DNA from: the human T2T-CHM13v2.0 reference genome, Homo sapiens
Direction: 5' to 3' (one strand)
Assembly (NCBI RefSeq): GCF_009914755.1
Contig: NC_060944.1
Length of the DNA: 64,000 bases
The notes under the pieces: generated by a model
The model's input: the letters and a program-made list of their open reading frames with translations, nothing else
The model's database searches: none
Told to the model about the DNA's origin: nothing
Position numbers and translations under genes: made by a program
Shown here: positions 40,821 to 55,740 of the stretch, one piece after another
Numbering within the stretch: the first letter of the stretch is position 1
Layout: each line of letters starts with the position of its first letter

Positions 40821-41101
40821 AGACAGAGTCTTGCTTTGTCGCCCAGGCTGGAGTGCAGTGGCGCGATCTCGGCTCCCTGAAAGCTCTGCCTCCTCGGTTC
40901 ACACCATTCTCCTGCCTCAGCCTCCCGAGTAGCTGGGACTACAGGTGCCCGCTACCACACCCAGCTAACTTTTTGTATTTTTTAGTAGAGACGGGATTTC
41001 ACCGTGTTAGCCAGGATGGTCTTGATCTCCTGACCTTGTGATCTGCCTGCCTTGGCCTCCCAAAGTGCTGGGATTATAGGCGTGAGCCACTGTGCCTAGC
41101 C
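40778..41101 (-). mobile_element. AluY
   Basis: AluY-type positions (ttcacaccattctcc, ccgtgttagccaggatggt), long polyT. Confidence 0.9.
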
Positions 41102-41386
41102 TTGTCTTCATTATTTTTCTAAAGACCATTGAGTCTATGTTCTGTTAATGCTTCTTTCAAATTATATGGAATGATGATGATGAGGATGTTGGTGATGATA
41201 ATTTCAGGGTCAAGGGACGAACTCTCTTTTACAAAGTTGAAAGGATGCTAGAAACTGCTTCAGAAAGCCTGACAGCTGGCTCATCTGGGGAACCATGATC
41301 CTGCCCACCCCACGATATGTGGCGTATTTCATGGAGACACCTGCCCAGCCTGCACATCATACTGGGGATCAGTTGCACACCTGGGG

Positions 41387-42295
41387 TGCAGCCCGTGCTC
41401 CTTTCCTTGTCAGCCTCAGCTTCCCCATTTGTACAATGGGAGTGTTGGTGTCTGATTTAACTGAATGGGGTTGCTATAGGGTGATCTGCAGGTGGCAAAC
41501 CCAGGTGGCATCTCCACGTTGGGAATTGGGAGGCGGGGGCTGAGCAAGGCTGTAAGGGATGAGAGAAACCACGTGCAGGGGGAGTGCTAAAGATTTCAGC
41601 ACCAAGCTGGGAGAAAAAGAGGGTGAGAGGAGAGAAGGTAGGAAGTAGGAGAGTGTGACTGTCCACAAAGAGAAGGCAAAAAAAGGAGAAGAGGAGAGAA
41701 CAAGAGAAAGAAAATGAGAAGGGAGAGCTGGTGAGTAACAGAGCGAGCCAGAAACAAGAAACAGAGAAAATCACAGAGAGAGAGAGAAAGAAGAAAAAAG
41801 AGGAGGCTTGGAAAGAATAGAAGAGGGGAATAGAGGGTAGAGTGGAAGGAGGAAAGAGAGAGAAGTGGTGGGAAAAGGAGGAGGAAGAGGAAGAAAAGGA
41901 GAGCAATGAAAAGCCAAAGAAATTCAGTGAGGAAACCTAATGCAGACAGTAGAGATGATCTTAGGAAAAGCCCTAAGCAGAACAGCTGTGTGTGCTGGGA
42001 GATAGGACTTAAGATGAAAATAGAGGTTGTTAATTTGACTCAGGGTAAGTTTTTGAATCTTTACTGTGTTGAGATAAGACCATCCCAGGAAAAGACTACC
42101 CAGTCGAAGTCTGCGGACCCAGGCCTTCTTTGGCTTCTGCCACCAAGAGCTGTGTGACCCTAGTTACAAGGCAGCAAAACCCCCAGCACAGCCCCTGATG
42201 TGCAGCCTGTGCTCCTTTCCTTGGCAGCCTCAGCTTCCCCATCTGTACAACGGGAGTGCTGGTGTCTGGTTTAACCTAATAGGACTGCTATAAGG
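41387..42295 (+). repeat. ~94-bp direct duplication of a MIR-derived segment (41387-41480 / 42201-42295)
   Basis: tgcagcc.gtgctcctttccttg.cagcctcagcttccccat.tgtacaa.gggagtg.tggtgtctg.tttaac shared, including non-consensus bases. Confidence 0.85.
41600..41905. repeat. GA-rich low-complexity tract
   Basis: Seen directly. Confidence 0.85.
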
Positions 42296-42701
42296 AAAAA
42301 GTGTGAAATGCTTGGAAAGCTAAGAGTGTACACGAGTGGAAGGGGGCATCGTTCTTCCTATTTCCTGCTCTTTTCATTTTTTATTTGCATTTTAGGGCAG
42401 AGGTGAGCCAACTCTTCCTCTCAAGCAAGCCTGGGTTGGCTCGGTGGGTTTGGCTCTATTCCTGAACTGTGCCCATAGCAGTCAATTATTCTCCAGGACA
42501 AGGTGACCCAGGTATCAAGCCCAGTTATTTCTGAGGTCCTCTTCCTCAATGCAACCATTCTCCTTTAAAAAGAAACGGAGGCACAGGAACCCTAGCTCCC
42601 CTGCCCAAAGATACCGAGCATGTCTAGGGCAAAGTCAGTATTTACCAAAACTCAGCATTTCCCCTGAAGAGTCAGGTGGACACGTAGATTGCTGGGCTTA
42701 C

Positions 42702-42904
42702 CTTTGCAGAAAGCAGGAGGCAGCCCCAGGAATGGAAAATGCTAAAAGATCCTGAGACTGACAAGAAAACCACAGTATCTGGCCAGACCTCAGCAACTGC
42801 TTTTCTCCACAGAAGATTCAGCAAGTAAATCAACCAGATGACACGGATGCGGAGTAGAAATCCATGTGCTGCCCTGTGGCATTGAGGGCAGCCCCGAGGC
42901 ACAG
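42702..42904 (-). pseudogene. PIEZO pseudo-exon, ~THU6 TM21-23
   Basis: [18 protein letters not shown](fs)[22 protein letters not shown](fs)RYCGFLVSLRIF*HFPFLGLPPAFCK|gtaagc vs PIEZO2 TCFLMSVNVIGQRMDFYAMIHACWL..RKAIAEIWPKYCCFL..GIPPAPCR. 203 = 205-2 bp; TAG at 42742-42744; acceptor lost. Confidence 0.92.
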
Positions 42905-42933
42905 CGGAAACACAGGCTGAAAGATGCAAGACA

Positions 42934-43520
<587 letters not shown>

Positions 43521-43689
43521 TCATGCTCTGCGGTGGATCCTGGCCCGAGGGGCTCTCAGTGGGTCTGAGATTTAAACAGAAAAAAAAAGTCAAGGGCAGA
43601 GCCCATTAAAGAGATCCCGGGCAGTGAAGGCAAGGCACTCCCACTGGTCAAAGACAGGGCCATTCGGGCATCAGTGGGATGGCTGCCAG

Positions 43690-44734
<1,045 letters not shown>

Positions 44735-44803
44735 TGTTTTCCATATTTTTTTTAAAAAAAGCAATCAACAATCCAGGAAGCGGGGCCTATGCAGGAACAT
44801 CAC

Positions 44804-45004
44804 CTCAAGGCCAAGCTTATAAAATCTATAGTTGATGAAATACTGCAAAGTGTTCATCAGCCCATCATCAAGAAGTGCTGGAGCGATGATGTCAACGATC
44901 ATGCCAGTGAGGGGCTCTGGCAGCTGATTCCAAAGCCAGTGTAATATCTGATGCCTACTCACTGTCACCCCCAGAGTCCTGAGGGCCAAGATGGCAAACT
45001 GGTT
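44804..45004 (-). pseudogene. PIEZO pseudo-exon, ~TM20
   Basis: NQFAILALRTLGVTVSRHQ...LLDDGLMNTLQYFINYRFYKLGLE|gtgatg vs PIEZO2 ..HLDDGLINCAKYFINYFFYKFGLE. 201 bp open frame; acceptor AG>GG. Confidence 0.93.
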
Positions 45005-47621
45005 CCACCAAGCCAAGCAAGCCCAAACCATCGCTACCCAGGATGGAAGCCTCATTTCGCCAGGGCCACCCATGAGGCAAGCGAATGAAATATTCACCTG
45101 GACTCACCATCATCAACACTTCAAGAAAACTGTGGTTTGGATGATCAAAACCATTTACCATCCCAGCCAGCCTGCCCCCTTCCAAAAGAAAGAGCATGTT
45201 TCAGCACCAACTCCTACAAAGAAGAGTGACTGCTTTAAAACAGGGACGGTCAGATGGGCTAATTTCCTGAATGTTTCCCAAATATTTCTTTTCATTTCTT
45301 CCTATAAGAGATGCTTTCCACAAATACCAAGGTATTGATTTTCCAATTGATCGAGGTGGAGAATGTTTCATACAGTTATGACTCCTGACAAGTGGGGAAT
45401 AAAAAGCCAATCATAATGAGTTCGTTTACTTGGCTTGATATTACTTTATAACACAATGCATACCCAACACACCCTTTCAAGGACATCACCCAGCTAGGCT
45501 GCCAGCTCTTCATGATGAGGCCGCTTAATGCTGAAATCCATCTTACTGCATGATGTGTGGATTTTAAAATCATCCTTAGTGGGCTTTAAAAAAAAATGCC
45601 ATAGCCATGCTATGGATTCTTCCCCTACACCCATGAAGACTAGATTGATAGAGTGAGAATGACTCAGATTTGGGGATGGGGGTTATAGAGGGTGTTTGTT
45701 GATGAATGAAGTGGGGGGAATACAGTGAAAGCCTAATTGTCAGTTATAAATATGCTGTATTTTCCCTATTGATTATATGACATCGAAATTAAAAGGATTA
45801 CCTTATTAGATCATATTTAGGCATAAGTATGCCCTTCGTGCTTGACTCGGGGCACTTGCAAGAGACTAATTATTTGAGATGAACAGCACAGTCTGTTCAG
45901 CGCCCCAGACGGTCCAAGCGCTGCCCCTATTCCTATGCAGATGCTGTTGGACTCTTCAGTCTCTTTCATGAAGTTCATAGAGATTCTCTGTTCTGACCAG
46001 CCTCCTGTGGCTACACAGAGCCCTCCTATACATCTTCTCAGCAAATTAGGAGATGAGGCCTAAATAGGACTTCTGTTTGAGGATTTGGATGGCTGGCGCA
46101 TCGTTTTCCATAAGCTTTTTGGGGCAAGGTCTGGAGTTGAGTGGTCACCAACAGAGCCTGGCACTTCTTTAAATAAGATGTCTTACAACAAAATCCCAGC
46201 GCTCCAGCGCTCCCAGGAAATGAATCACGGAGGTCTGCCCGAGGTGACTCCGTGGAGAGCAGAGCATTTATCCCCGTGGACACCACAAAGCCTTCTTGTT
46301 CATCTTTTTGTGTGACTTGTTTAAAAAAATAGATTCCTGCTCTTCCCTGCCTTCTGAACAGTGTCTTTTGAGCACAATTTAGTTCTTCCTTGATGAGTGA
46401 GGTCAGCCCTTCCCTCACCTTCCAGAGCTCAGCCCAACTAGGCTGCAGGGCAGACGGCCCCATGGTCTGCACATTTCTCATGAGAATGAGCTATAAGGGA
46501 CAAAGCCCCATCCTGCCTCTCTCCATTGACTGTGGCTGAGCAGCATGAGCCTTCTGGACCTCAGGGTCCTCGTCTGAGAAGGGTGCTTCTTAGTGGGGCC
46601 AGAGCAGGAATTCAGTGAACAAGTAAAGTGATCATAATGCTGAAAATGCATGGGTCATTGTGGGGGGATGCTAGGCCTCCGGGAATGCCAATCTTAGCCA
46701 CTCTTGACTATCATAACGCCAATTTCTTGCATCAGAGATTCTTGGCTAGCCACATTTGCTCCCCACATGCTTAGACTGTGGTTACTAGGGACTCCTCCCA
46801 TTTGCTATTGAATTCCTCTTTGCTCTAAAACTGAGGTCTGGGCCCACCCACCCAAATGGAGTGAAGGTGGTGTCCGTCCCCACTTACCCCACTGTACCTG
46901 CTGTCACCACCTTCTCTCTGCCTGCTCGGGGTGGGTGGGGCCCTCTCCACATGCCTCCTTTTCCTCAAGGGTGACCTGGTGAGATGAGATGTTCCAATAG
47001 CCCAATGTTGACCCCAAGATGGGGACCCATTCCAGCCCCATCATTCCTTCTCTGTGTGACCTTGGACAGGTCATCCCACCTCTCTGAGCCTCAGTATTCT
47101 CCTCTGGAAAATGGAGCTACAACCCTTAAGCTTCAGGGTTGCATCTAAAGAGTTAGGATCAAAATAGATAAACTCTTGCGAATTCCCAGCACTTGGCAGG
47201 GGCTCCGGAGGGGGGCAATTAATCTCCCCATTCGTCCAGGCAAGGTGCAACCAGCCTTTGATTTTGGCTGAGTTGTTTAATTTTCACTTCTGCTAACAGC
47301 CTCCCTTTAATGTCACCTCTCTCCTCATTCATTTCTGGCTTTCCAAGCTACCACGGAAACCACTCTAGGCAAAACAGTAAAAGTGAATGATAAGTCAGAG
47401 CCAGGTTCATTCTCGGTAATATAGAACTTGGCCACCAAAGCAATTACTTAATGTAATGTTCCCCAGGAAGGGAAGGGGATGCTGAGCTTATTGAGTGGGT
47501 GCCTACCATGTGCCAGGCCCTGAGCCAGCCACTTCATCTCCTCCAAGCCTCCCTGGCGCACAGATCCCAGAGGTTTGCACTTCTCTGACCCACTAATCAT
47601 GGGCCATTATTCCATCCCTAC

Positions 47622-47760
47622 CTTTAGACAAGGCAACTCTTGGCCATTACATTTCCTTAACACTCCAAGCCACTGTGCCAGGTCTACAGGCTGCAGATAG
47701 ATAGAGGATCCATTTTCTGGCAAGCTTGGCCAGTGGGCATGTTCTGTTCCCTTGCCACAC
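47622..47760 (-). pseudogene. PIEZO pseudo-exon, extracellular loop ~19-20
   Basis: VWQGNRTCPLAKLARKWILY(+4 ctat duplication)LQPVDLAQWLGVLRKCNGQELPCLK vs SLLYSAPIDPTEWVGLRK. AG/GT intact. Confidence 0.85.
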
Positions 47761-48499
47761 CTTGGTAGAGGCAGGAATGACCACCAGGTGTACTTGGTGG
47801 AGAGTCTGCCCCAGCTGTGGACTGCAGAAAGAACTCAGGCTGCAGGGCTGTCCAGGAAGGACCTCAGGCTGAAAGCAAGTAGGCTGGAACTCTAGACCCC
47901 AGGCAGGCCCCTGCACCTTGCTGAGTCTCAGTTTCCCCCTCTGTAAAAGACCAGGATGGAGCAGGGCCATGTTTCCAACTCCCTTGTAGTCCGTCCCCAC
48001 CATGAGCCTCACCATCCCTCAGATTAGCCTGGGGCAGGTTGGAGCCGCAGAGGAGTAGTGGGTGCCATCGGTTCTGGGCCCACAGGCCTGAGCTCTGTTC
48101 CCAGAGTCCTGCCCCTTCATAGTCTTGAGCCCTAAGAAGCTGTGCTTCTCACAAGTTCCCCTCCTGCTTCATTTCTATGCCTGCCCCTAGCAGAGCTCCT
48201 TCTAGAGCTCCCTGCAACATGAGCCAACAGCTGTCTGCTTCTCCACCTGCAGACAGAGGTGGAACAGAGGCTCTGTTCCATCATGTTCTCTTGCATACAC
48301 CATGAACAGGCCACGAGGCCAAAGGAAAGCCAGCCTGGGGGCCAGCCTGGCCCCTGCTGCCTGCCCTGCCCTGGGCTCCCTCCCACCTCGTGGCCTCTGG
48401 TTTGCTGTGCCCTCTTCCTGGGGTGTTCTTCCCTTGATATCCTCACGGTTCCGGCCCTCATTCTCTCGTGGTCTCCCCTGACCTCCTAGTGCTTAACGC

Positions 48500-48710
48500 C
48501 ACCCAACCCTCTCGGCCCCCTCACCAGCCTCCACCCTTCCCCACAGCTCTTGCCACCACCTCCCATTGCAAGTATCTCTGCTTGCTTGCATATGTCCATC
48601 TGCTCCTTTGGAATCTCATCTGTGGGGTCTCACTGCCTGCCCAGCTCCCAGCACAGTGCCTGACACAGAACAGCCATCCATCAATGTTTGTTGAATGAAT
48701 GAATGAATGG
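48500..48710 (+). mobile_element. L2 3' end
   Basis: cagcacagtgcctgacacagaa..tgttgaatgaatgaatgaat. Confidence 0.75.
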
Positions 48711-48967
48711 AGGAAACGTAGAATCTTAGATGAGTCTTTTGTGTCCCTCCCACCCAGGGCCTCTTTAAAATAGCAAGAGTTGCACTAGATGGCAATTTTC
48801 CAATCACTGTGTCTGAATGGTTCACTCAACAACTCTTCTTAGAGTTGGTTCTTTTTAGAGAAGGTTCTATGAAGGCAGGCTCTGGAGAAATCCAGACTCA
48901 GTTCCTGTCTTCCACCAAGGAGCTCGCACTGGGGTGTGGAGAGGCTCTGGTCTGGAATGAAGCTCTC

Positions 48968-49144
48968 CTCTGAGCAGTTTGAGGAGTAGGCAGAGGACAT
49001 GACACATGACAGTAGGTACAGCATCTTGTGGGTCCCCGTCACACATTCCCAAACAGCAGAAACACAGGAGGCACCAGGTCAGAATCTCATGCAGGGCAGG
49101 GACACCACCCAGAGGATGAAACACAGCGAGTGCATGGGGGAAAC
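48968..49144 (-). pseudogene. PIEZO pseudo-exon, ~TM18-19
   Basis: VSPMHSLCFILWVVSLPCMRF*PGASCVSAVWECVTGTHKMLYLLSCVMSSAYSSNCSE vs VSVMNLLLVVLWAFALPYPRFRPMASCLSTVWTCVIIVCKMLYQLKVVNPQEYSSNCTE. 177 bp; TGA at 49079-49081; donor GT>GA. Confidence 0.92.
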
Positions 49145-49366
49145 CTTTCTGGGAAGTGCGGCGTCTGCAGGTCTCCTTAGCTTGGTTTTCATTCCCTGGC
49201 TGAGATCGGAGCATTTCAAATTAGGGTAAAAAGGGAGTTTTAAAAAACACTCACTGGACCTTAAATGATAGGCCTACACTCTGTAACAGAGAGGAAAAAA
49301 GGTCTCAAAACCTGCCCCTGAGTCTCTAAACCCCAACAGCACACATTTTCTGTGAAGGCCATTGAC

Positions 49367-49529
49367 CACCTACAGCCTGAGCCTGACGATCGCAGAGGCC
49401 ACGAGCTTCAGGATGTGTATTTCCAGAATGCACCCAGCAACACTTGAGTCCCGTTAACCACTTCTAGAAATTTCAGCAAACGTGTGGTCAGCATGTTCAT
49501 TGCCGAGTCTCCATCACATGCTTCCTCCT
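49367..49529 (-). pseudogene. PIEZO pseudo-exon, ~TM17
   Basis: AMNMLTTRLLKFLEVVNGTQVL(fs)GCILEIHILKLVASAIVRLRL*V vs PIEZO2 VIDRLTVLFLKFLEYFHKLQVFMWWILELHIIKIVSSYIIWVSVKE. Acceptor AG>GG; TAG at 49370-49372. Confidence 0.88.
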
Positions 49530-49844
49530 CCGAGGGGAAGAGAAACCTTTGACAGGCTGCCCAAGCACCCAGCGATGGTGTGGGGTCCAGTTTCTTGTTT
49601 AAAACAATATGCAGACCTCTGCATTAAAGAGGAAGCCAGAACAAAGCAGAGAAAACCAGGAAGTGGTAGATTTTTTTTTTAATGCCATTTTCTGATAATA
49701 CTAAATACCTATAGCGAGGCCCCTCTGTTTCCAGACCAGGCTCCCTCTTCTCTGCTTCCCAAGTTTTCTGTATCACTTTCTGCCATAACATCACTCTCCC
49801 CATACTCCAGGTATCTGTTAATATTCCTGTGTCCCCCTCTGGAC

Positions 49845-50036
49845 CAGGGATTGGAAAACTGCTTCTGTGAAGGGGAACATAGTAAATATTTTAGACTGTG
49901 TGGGTCATATGGCTGCTGTCACACTAGTCAACTTGCATGGTGGCATGAAGGTGGCCATGGACAATACGTAGATGGCTTTATCCACAAAAACAGGAGTGTT
50001 GGACTTGGCCCAGGGGCCAGGATTGGTTGACTTCTG
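49845..50036. mobile_element. MER58-like hAT element inside an L2
   Basis: cagggattggaaaact..tagtaaatattttagac..ggccatggacaatacgta. Confidence 0.7.
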
Positions 50037-50701
50037 TCTTGGATTGGGTTCCTTGAGGGGAGAAAGACCAATTATTTCCTTTTATCACTTCCATGCTTAT
50101 CCCAGTGTTTGGCACATAAAAGGCATTCACTAAATGCTCACTGATTGATGCACAAATGAATAAAGAACAAAACTATATGTCCAAGAAGAGTTGAAGTTTA
50201 ACCAAGAGAAGCCGTCCTACATTTGTTGTTCTTTAACAGTTGAGAAAGATTCTACTTTGGAAAAATGAAAGCAACTAGCATGTATTAAGTACTCAGAATG
50301 TGTCAGGTACTGTGCTAAGTGCCCCACATTTCTTATTTTGATCTCAACCATAAGCTGAATCAAGCACATGCATGTTCCTGAAATCACCTGTAAGCAGCTT
50401 ATTCCCTAAGTAAGCAAACACAGAAATCTCTGTGACTCTTCATTTGCAAACAAGGCATTCACTGAAAGTGCAGTGGCAACTGCCAACCCAGCCAGTATCA
50501 GAATCATCATGTTATTCTGAATTTGAAGGTCCAACTAACATAAATGGCTCCCCATGGCATCGGAGTAAAATGCCTAGCTGCTTCACAGGAGCAAGCAGGG
50601 AGAGGGTGGGAAATCAGCAGCGAGTCCACCCACCTCTGGGACAGTCAGCTGCCACTTTTCTGCCTGCCCCCAACATAAAATGTCAGGGAGGCATTTGTTG
50701 A

Positions 50702-50938
<237 letters not shown>

Positions 50939-53258
50939 TAACACTCAGAGCAACCCCAGATGCATCATGCAGGACTTCTAGGGGAAAGTGACATCTTCAA
51001 CTTCATGGCGCCTTCCCCCAGGCTGTCCATACTTTGTCTCCCCAGCTCACCCAGCACAATGCTGCCTGCTTTGTCCTCTAAGTTCTGAGTTGCACCCTTT
51101 TCCCTCGTCAGGCCCCAGGCTAAAAATCAAAGGCAGAGGACGCTTAGGCATTGAAGCATGGGAAATGGAGTGTCACCTGGCCAGCTGGTTTTATCAAAGC
51201 CTGTAAGTAAAATGGGTTCAAGCCACTAGGAAATATTGGGTAGGAGGCATGGTCATTGACTTGGTCATTTAAAAAAATCTAGCTTGACTTGGTTCATTCT
51301 ACACTGTTGGGAATGACGTCTATGCTTCTCTCATCTTCTCAGGCACAATTGACTCCAGAAATCCAACTAAAAGAATGCCTTTCCCTTCATGATTTAGCTC
51401 TTATCTCTTTTGATGTTTCCAAATTGTAACCTTAAGCCTGCGAGGAGGCGGGGTGGAGGGGAGAGGAGAAAGAGGGAGACTCCTCTGTTCACAAAAGTAT
51501 TCATTTCCACTGGATTTATTTGACAGCAAACTCCCTAATCAATTTTTAATATTGTGCTTATTTATTATATTAACTAAACAATGCATGCACATACTTAAAA
51601 AATATTTCAAAAGGCACAAAAGGGTAAACAGTGAAAAGCAACTCTCCTTCCCACGTTTGTCTCCCTCTCTCCCTGAGGCAAGCACCACTGAAGGTTTCTT
51701 CTCTGCTCTTCCAAAGATATGCTTTGCTTATAAAAGCATGTGCATATATATCTTTTTCTTAAACAAATGGTAGCACATTCTATACACAGTATTCTGCACT
51801 TTGCTTTCTTCACTTGGTGATAGATCTTGAAGCTCATTCCATATCAGTATATATAGAGCTGCCTCATTCTTTTTAATGGCTGCATAGCATTATGCTACTG
51901 AGACAGACCACTGTTTGTTTAACCGGTCCCCTAGTGATGGGCATTCATTCCCTGCTGGAGTTTTTTAGAGAATGAGATTAACACTAGATGAGCAGGAGCA
52001 CGGCACCTGAACAAGGTGAGGCGTCACTAGCACAGGCAAGCAGAGGACAAAACTCCTTGCAGAAGGAAATCTTAAAGAAAAGAACATCCAACAGGAGCTG
52101 CACATCAGTTTCCTCCTTCGAGTTGCTGGGGGATATAGATCACAAAGCCTTTATAATGTTCGAAATGAGCAGGGGCTGGTGCTTCTGGGACGTTACAATG
52201 GCAATCTGGTCCCACACACTGTCAGCCTCCTCCATATAGTGAAAACAACAGGCCCACCACAGAAAACCCTCACCCCTTCACCTATTCAGTGAGTTGATCC
52301 AATGGGGCCCAGGTGAACACAAAAGAGAACGTTTCTCCCCAGGTTTTCTCCTCATCCTACAGCAGGGCTCCATTTCATTCCACGTTTCTGAGCACATTAT
52401 TTCAGGGATTAGAGAGTGGGAGAAAGAGCACATTGCTCATTTGTGTAGCTTGCAACTCCCGAGAGACCCGACCATCTCACCAGCACCATTTCCATTTTCT
52501 TTACGGCTTCCAACTCCTACCTCGGGTATGAACAAAGCAGGGTAAAAACCAAAACAAACATCACGATGTTGACCGGAAAAAAAAACAAAACAAAATAAAA
52601 CAAAAAAACTTTACAATCCCTGGGGAATAAAAGGAATCAAACTATGGTATTTTGTGTACTTTTTTTGCAAGGTGGTAGGATTGCTGCACAGTTTGATCGG
52701 GAAAACAGATGCAGGCACTAAGAAGACCACAGACTCCTGCTCAATTTTTCTTAGGAGAAAATGAATTGCTTTGGCAATATACCACCTTTTAAAATAAGGA
52801 TTCTGCGAAATACCCTAACATATTAGTGACTCAGTGTAAAAATTAAGAAATGTTTAAAAGCCAGGTTTCATGGCCAGCATGTTAATTTAGTTAAAGTACA
52901 AAATGGTAAAAATGAAAACAAGTCCCTAGGCGTGTAGAACATCCACGAAGCAGAGGCTCTGCCCCTGAGAGGCTCTTGGAGATGCTCAGTAAAGGAATCC
53001 CAGCAAAAGCAAAGTGACAGCTCAACAGAGGGCAACCACGGGCACCTGCAGGGGAACCAAAGGCCCCTGTCCTGTCTGCTCACCCTGCGAAGACACACGA
53101 GGCTCGAGGCTCTATCTTCTCCCAGCACCTTCCAAAGAACACCTACAAATGGGTGACTCGGCAAATGGAAAGTAAATCTCATTCCTGTCTCCTGAGCTGA
53201 GCACATTCTCTGAGTCTATTAGCAGAATCTCCAAATGCTACCCCAGGGACAGCAGTAC

Positions 53259-53433
53259 CTGTCAGGTGTGCCTCTCTGTTGAACAGGAATATTTATGCAG
53301 GCTGGTGGTCTTCAGAAAGTCTTCATTAAAGTAATGAAGTTGAAGGATGCGTGCTAGCAGAAAAACAGCAGGCAATAGAATCTTAGCGAACGGCGGCACC
53401 ATGTCAAACGGCTCCAGGCCTGCATCACGGAAT
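53259..53433 (-). pseudogene. PIEZO pseudo-exon, ~TM16
   Basis: FRDAGLEPFDMVPPFAKILLPAVFLLARILQLHYFNEDFLKTTSLH(+1)NIPVQ vs DLGLEQFSVSELFSSILVPGFFLLACILQLHYF. Acceptor AG>AC; GT donor. Confidence 0.92.
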
Positions 53434-54279
53434 GTGGAATGGGCTACAGGGGAGAGAGCCATGGTTGAGAAGCAGATCTCTACCTGGGTCCTACCAACAA
53501 AGACACCTGCCTTGACAGGTCCCACAGCCCTTTCTTTTGATATCTAAATGGGATTTGGTTGTGAGCGGCTGAGGTGGGGCCCACCCATGGTCCTTTAAGC
53601 TCACGTGACCTGAGAAAGTGCAGCATTTTCAGAGAACCATCTAGAACACCATCTAGTGCTTTTGGCTTGGACTCAACAGCCAAGTTGAGGGGTGCAAGCT
53701 GAGGATGGGCTTTGGTGAGAGTCTGATGGAGCCGCTAGAAGGGAGTTAGAGCACTGTGGGGCTTCAGTTTGTGGGCTCCAGGCCCACATCACAGCAGAGC
53801 AACAGAGCAGACCCCAACAGAGCAGAAGTGTCCAGGCAGCAAGATGCTGATGGGTTCTTGCCATGTCCTCCCTACCCTTGATGTTGGAGCTCCAACCTTG
53901 AAGCCTTGGAGCTGGAAAATGGAAAATGCGTCTTCAAAGACCTTGAGCAGCTGGGAGCCTTGCAGAGGCATCCCACATGGACAGAACTAACTAGAAGAGT
54001 CCCTCTCTATCACATTCTGTGCTTATGATGGCCCCATGGGGAACCTGAGAAGGCCACGGGGCCACCATAAGCAGCTCCTTTGGCAGATGCAGGTTCTAGC
54101 AAATAACTGCTCTATTTCCTCTACAAGTTTCCACACAGGAAGCCGGGGGGCTGGCTTCAGTCTGCAACTACATCTGCTTCTGATCCCAGAAGCCCGTCAA
54201 TTCTGGCAGAACTAAGGGTCTTTTAGCAAATTGAACTGCAGGAGCTATGACCCATGAGTCTGAGAAGCCAAATTCTTAT

Positions 54280-54428
54280 CCTTTTTCAGACAGCCCCAGA
54301 GTTTGGTTGACAAATCCATCAAAGCTTTGGAACTGCTAAGTGTAGACAGCCCTAAGGGCCACCACTGAACGAGACACCATGACCGTCCAAAAGCGCTTCA
54401 GGACGCTCCTCCAATTATTGTTTTGTAT
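54280..54428 (-). pseudogene. PIEZO pseudo-exon, ~TM15
   Basis: IQNNNWRSVLKRFWTVMVSRSVVALRAVYT*QFQSFDGFVNQTLGLSEK vs VHYEWWRKILKYFWMSVVIYTMLVLIFIYTYQFENF. 149 bp as expected; TAG at 54336-54338; donor GT>AT. Confidence 0.9.
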
Positions 54429-55577
54429 CTGCAATTCAGGCAGAGCCCCTGATAAAACGCACTGCGGGTTATTGGAGAAATGAAAAGAGCTGGAGCCAGC
54501 AGGGCGGGAGCCGGCTGCAACCTGGAAGGGCCAAGCATGAGTTTGGAAGTACAAACACCCCCGTGCAGAATCATATTTTCCATCGGAAATCTTTGCTGGA
54601 GAAAGCCCAAGCTCATTCTCATAGGAGGGTCTGCGCCAGTTTTTATGAGACTCCAAAATGAAGTTGGAGTTTGGGCCTTTGGCTTAGTTGCCTGCAGAAA
54701 AAGCAAGCTCAGAGCTGGAGGAAGTGAACCACCTGGGAAGCCAGGAAGCCCCGGGGCTGGGAATTTTGTCTGTTTATTGAGCGATTTGGGTGGTATTGGA
54801 AATCAATCTCTCCCTCTCTCTGGGCCTCTCTCACACACACCCACTCTCTCTATCTGTGTGTGGGAACTTCAGGGTTATCCGGAGGGAAGGGTTGGAGTGT
54901 GTGGTGTGGATGAGGCCATGTGACCTTATTGATAAATGCAAGTGGTCTCCCAGCGGTTTCTCCTGGGACCTCTACCATCACCCTGTGATGCTAGGAGCTG
55001 CCCACCCTGTGTGAGAGCAGGAACCAGAAGGCAGACGGGACAGAGGAGGGCTGGGGCCAGCCCTGCAAGTCCAGCTCCCCAGCCAGCGTGGGGCTATGCT
55101 TTCTAAGCCGTGTCCCCTGAGAATGCTGGCAATGCCAACACGGAGGTGTTCAGGAAGGACGTGAAGTCACTGGGCTTTGGCCTGGGTCTCGCCTTCTGTC
55201 TGGTCCCCAGGGTCACCCAGATGTGCAGCCTCTGGACGTGGCTCACCTCTTCCCTTTTACAGAGCTGATCCCCCCACTTCTCCTCATCTGTGGCTGCAGC
55301 CATCAGGAAATGTCGGCCAACCATGCCTAATGCAGGTCCTGTGACTTTTGCTTGAGCTGGGGTCAGATACTTAGCTGAGTGACTGCGTGCAGGAGCCCCA
55401 GGAGCAGCACGGCCTCCCCCAACCCATGGAGACAGCACCGGGCACAGGGCAGGCACCGAGGCTTCCCCACAGCCGTTTGCCCATAGGCACTGCACAGGGC
55501 CAGAGTCGGTAGTGCAGGAGGCAGGGGCTCCAGGCTCAGCAGAGCAGCACAGCAGGAGCTTGGAGCTGTGCATTCAC

Positions 55578-55740
55578 CTGTGCAAGGCCACCCAGGGCAG
55601 GAAGAGAAAGAGGTGGATGCTCCTGTAGGGCACACCCAGCTACTGGAGCTGTCAACCACAGCAGGGCTCTGTGGCTGTGAATCCAGGAGAACTTGGAGGA
55701 AGGAGCCCAGAGCAAGATGCTGGTGGGCCTCGCCTGGGTT
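55578..55740 (-). pseudogene. PIEZO pseudo-exon, ~THU4 TM13-14
   Basis: LGSFLQVL..WIH..VDSSSSWVC(P)YRSIHLFLFLPWVALH(Q)|gtgaat vs LGNLVVAMFIKYWIY..FVSFEGKIVMYKIIYMVLFLFCVALYQ. Several indels; start approximate. Confidence 0.75.
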
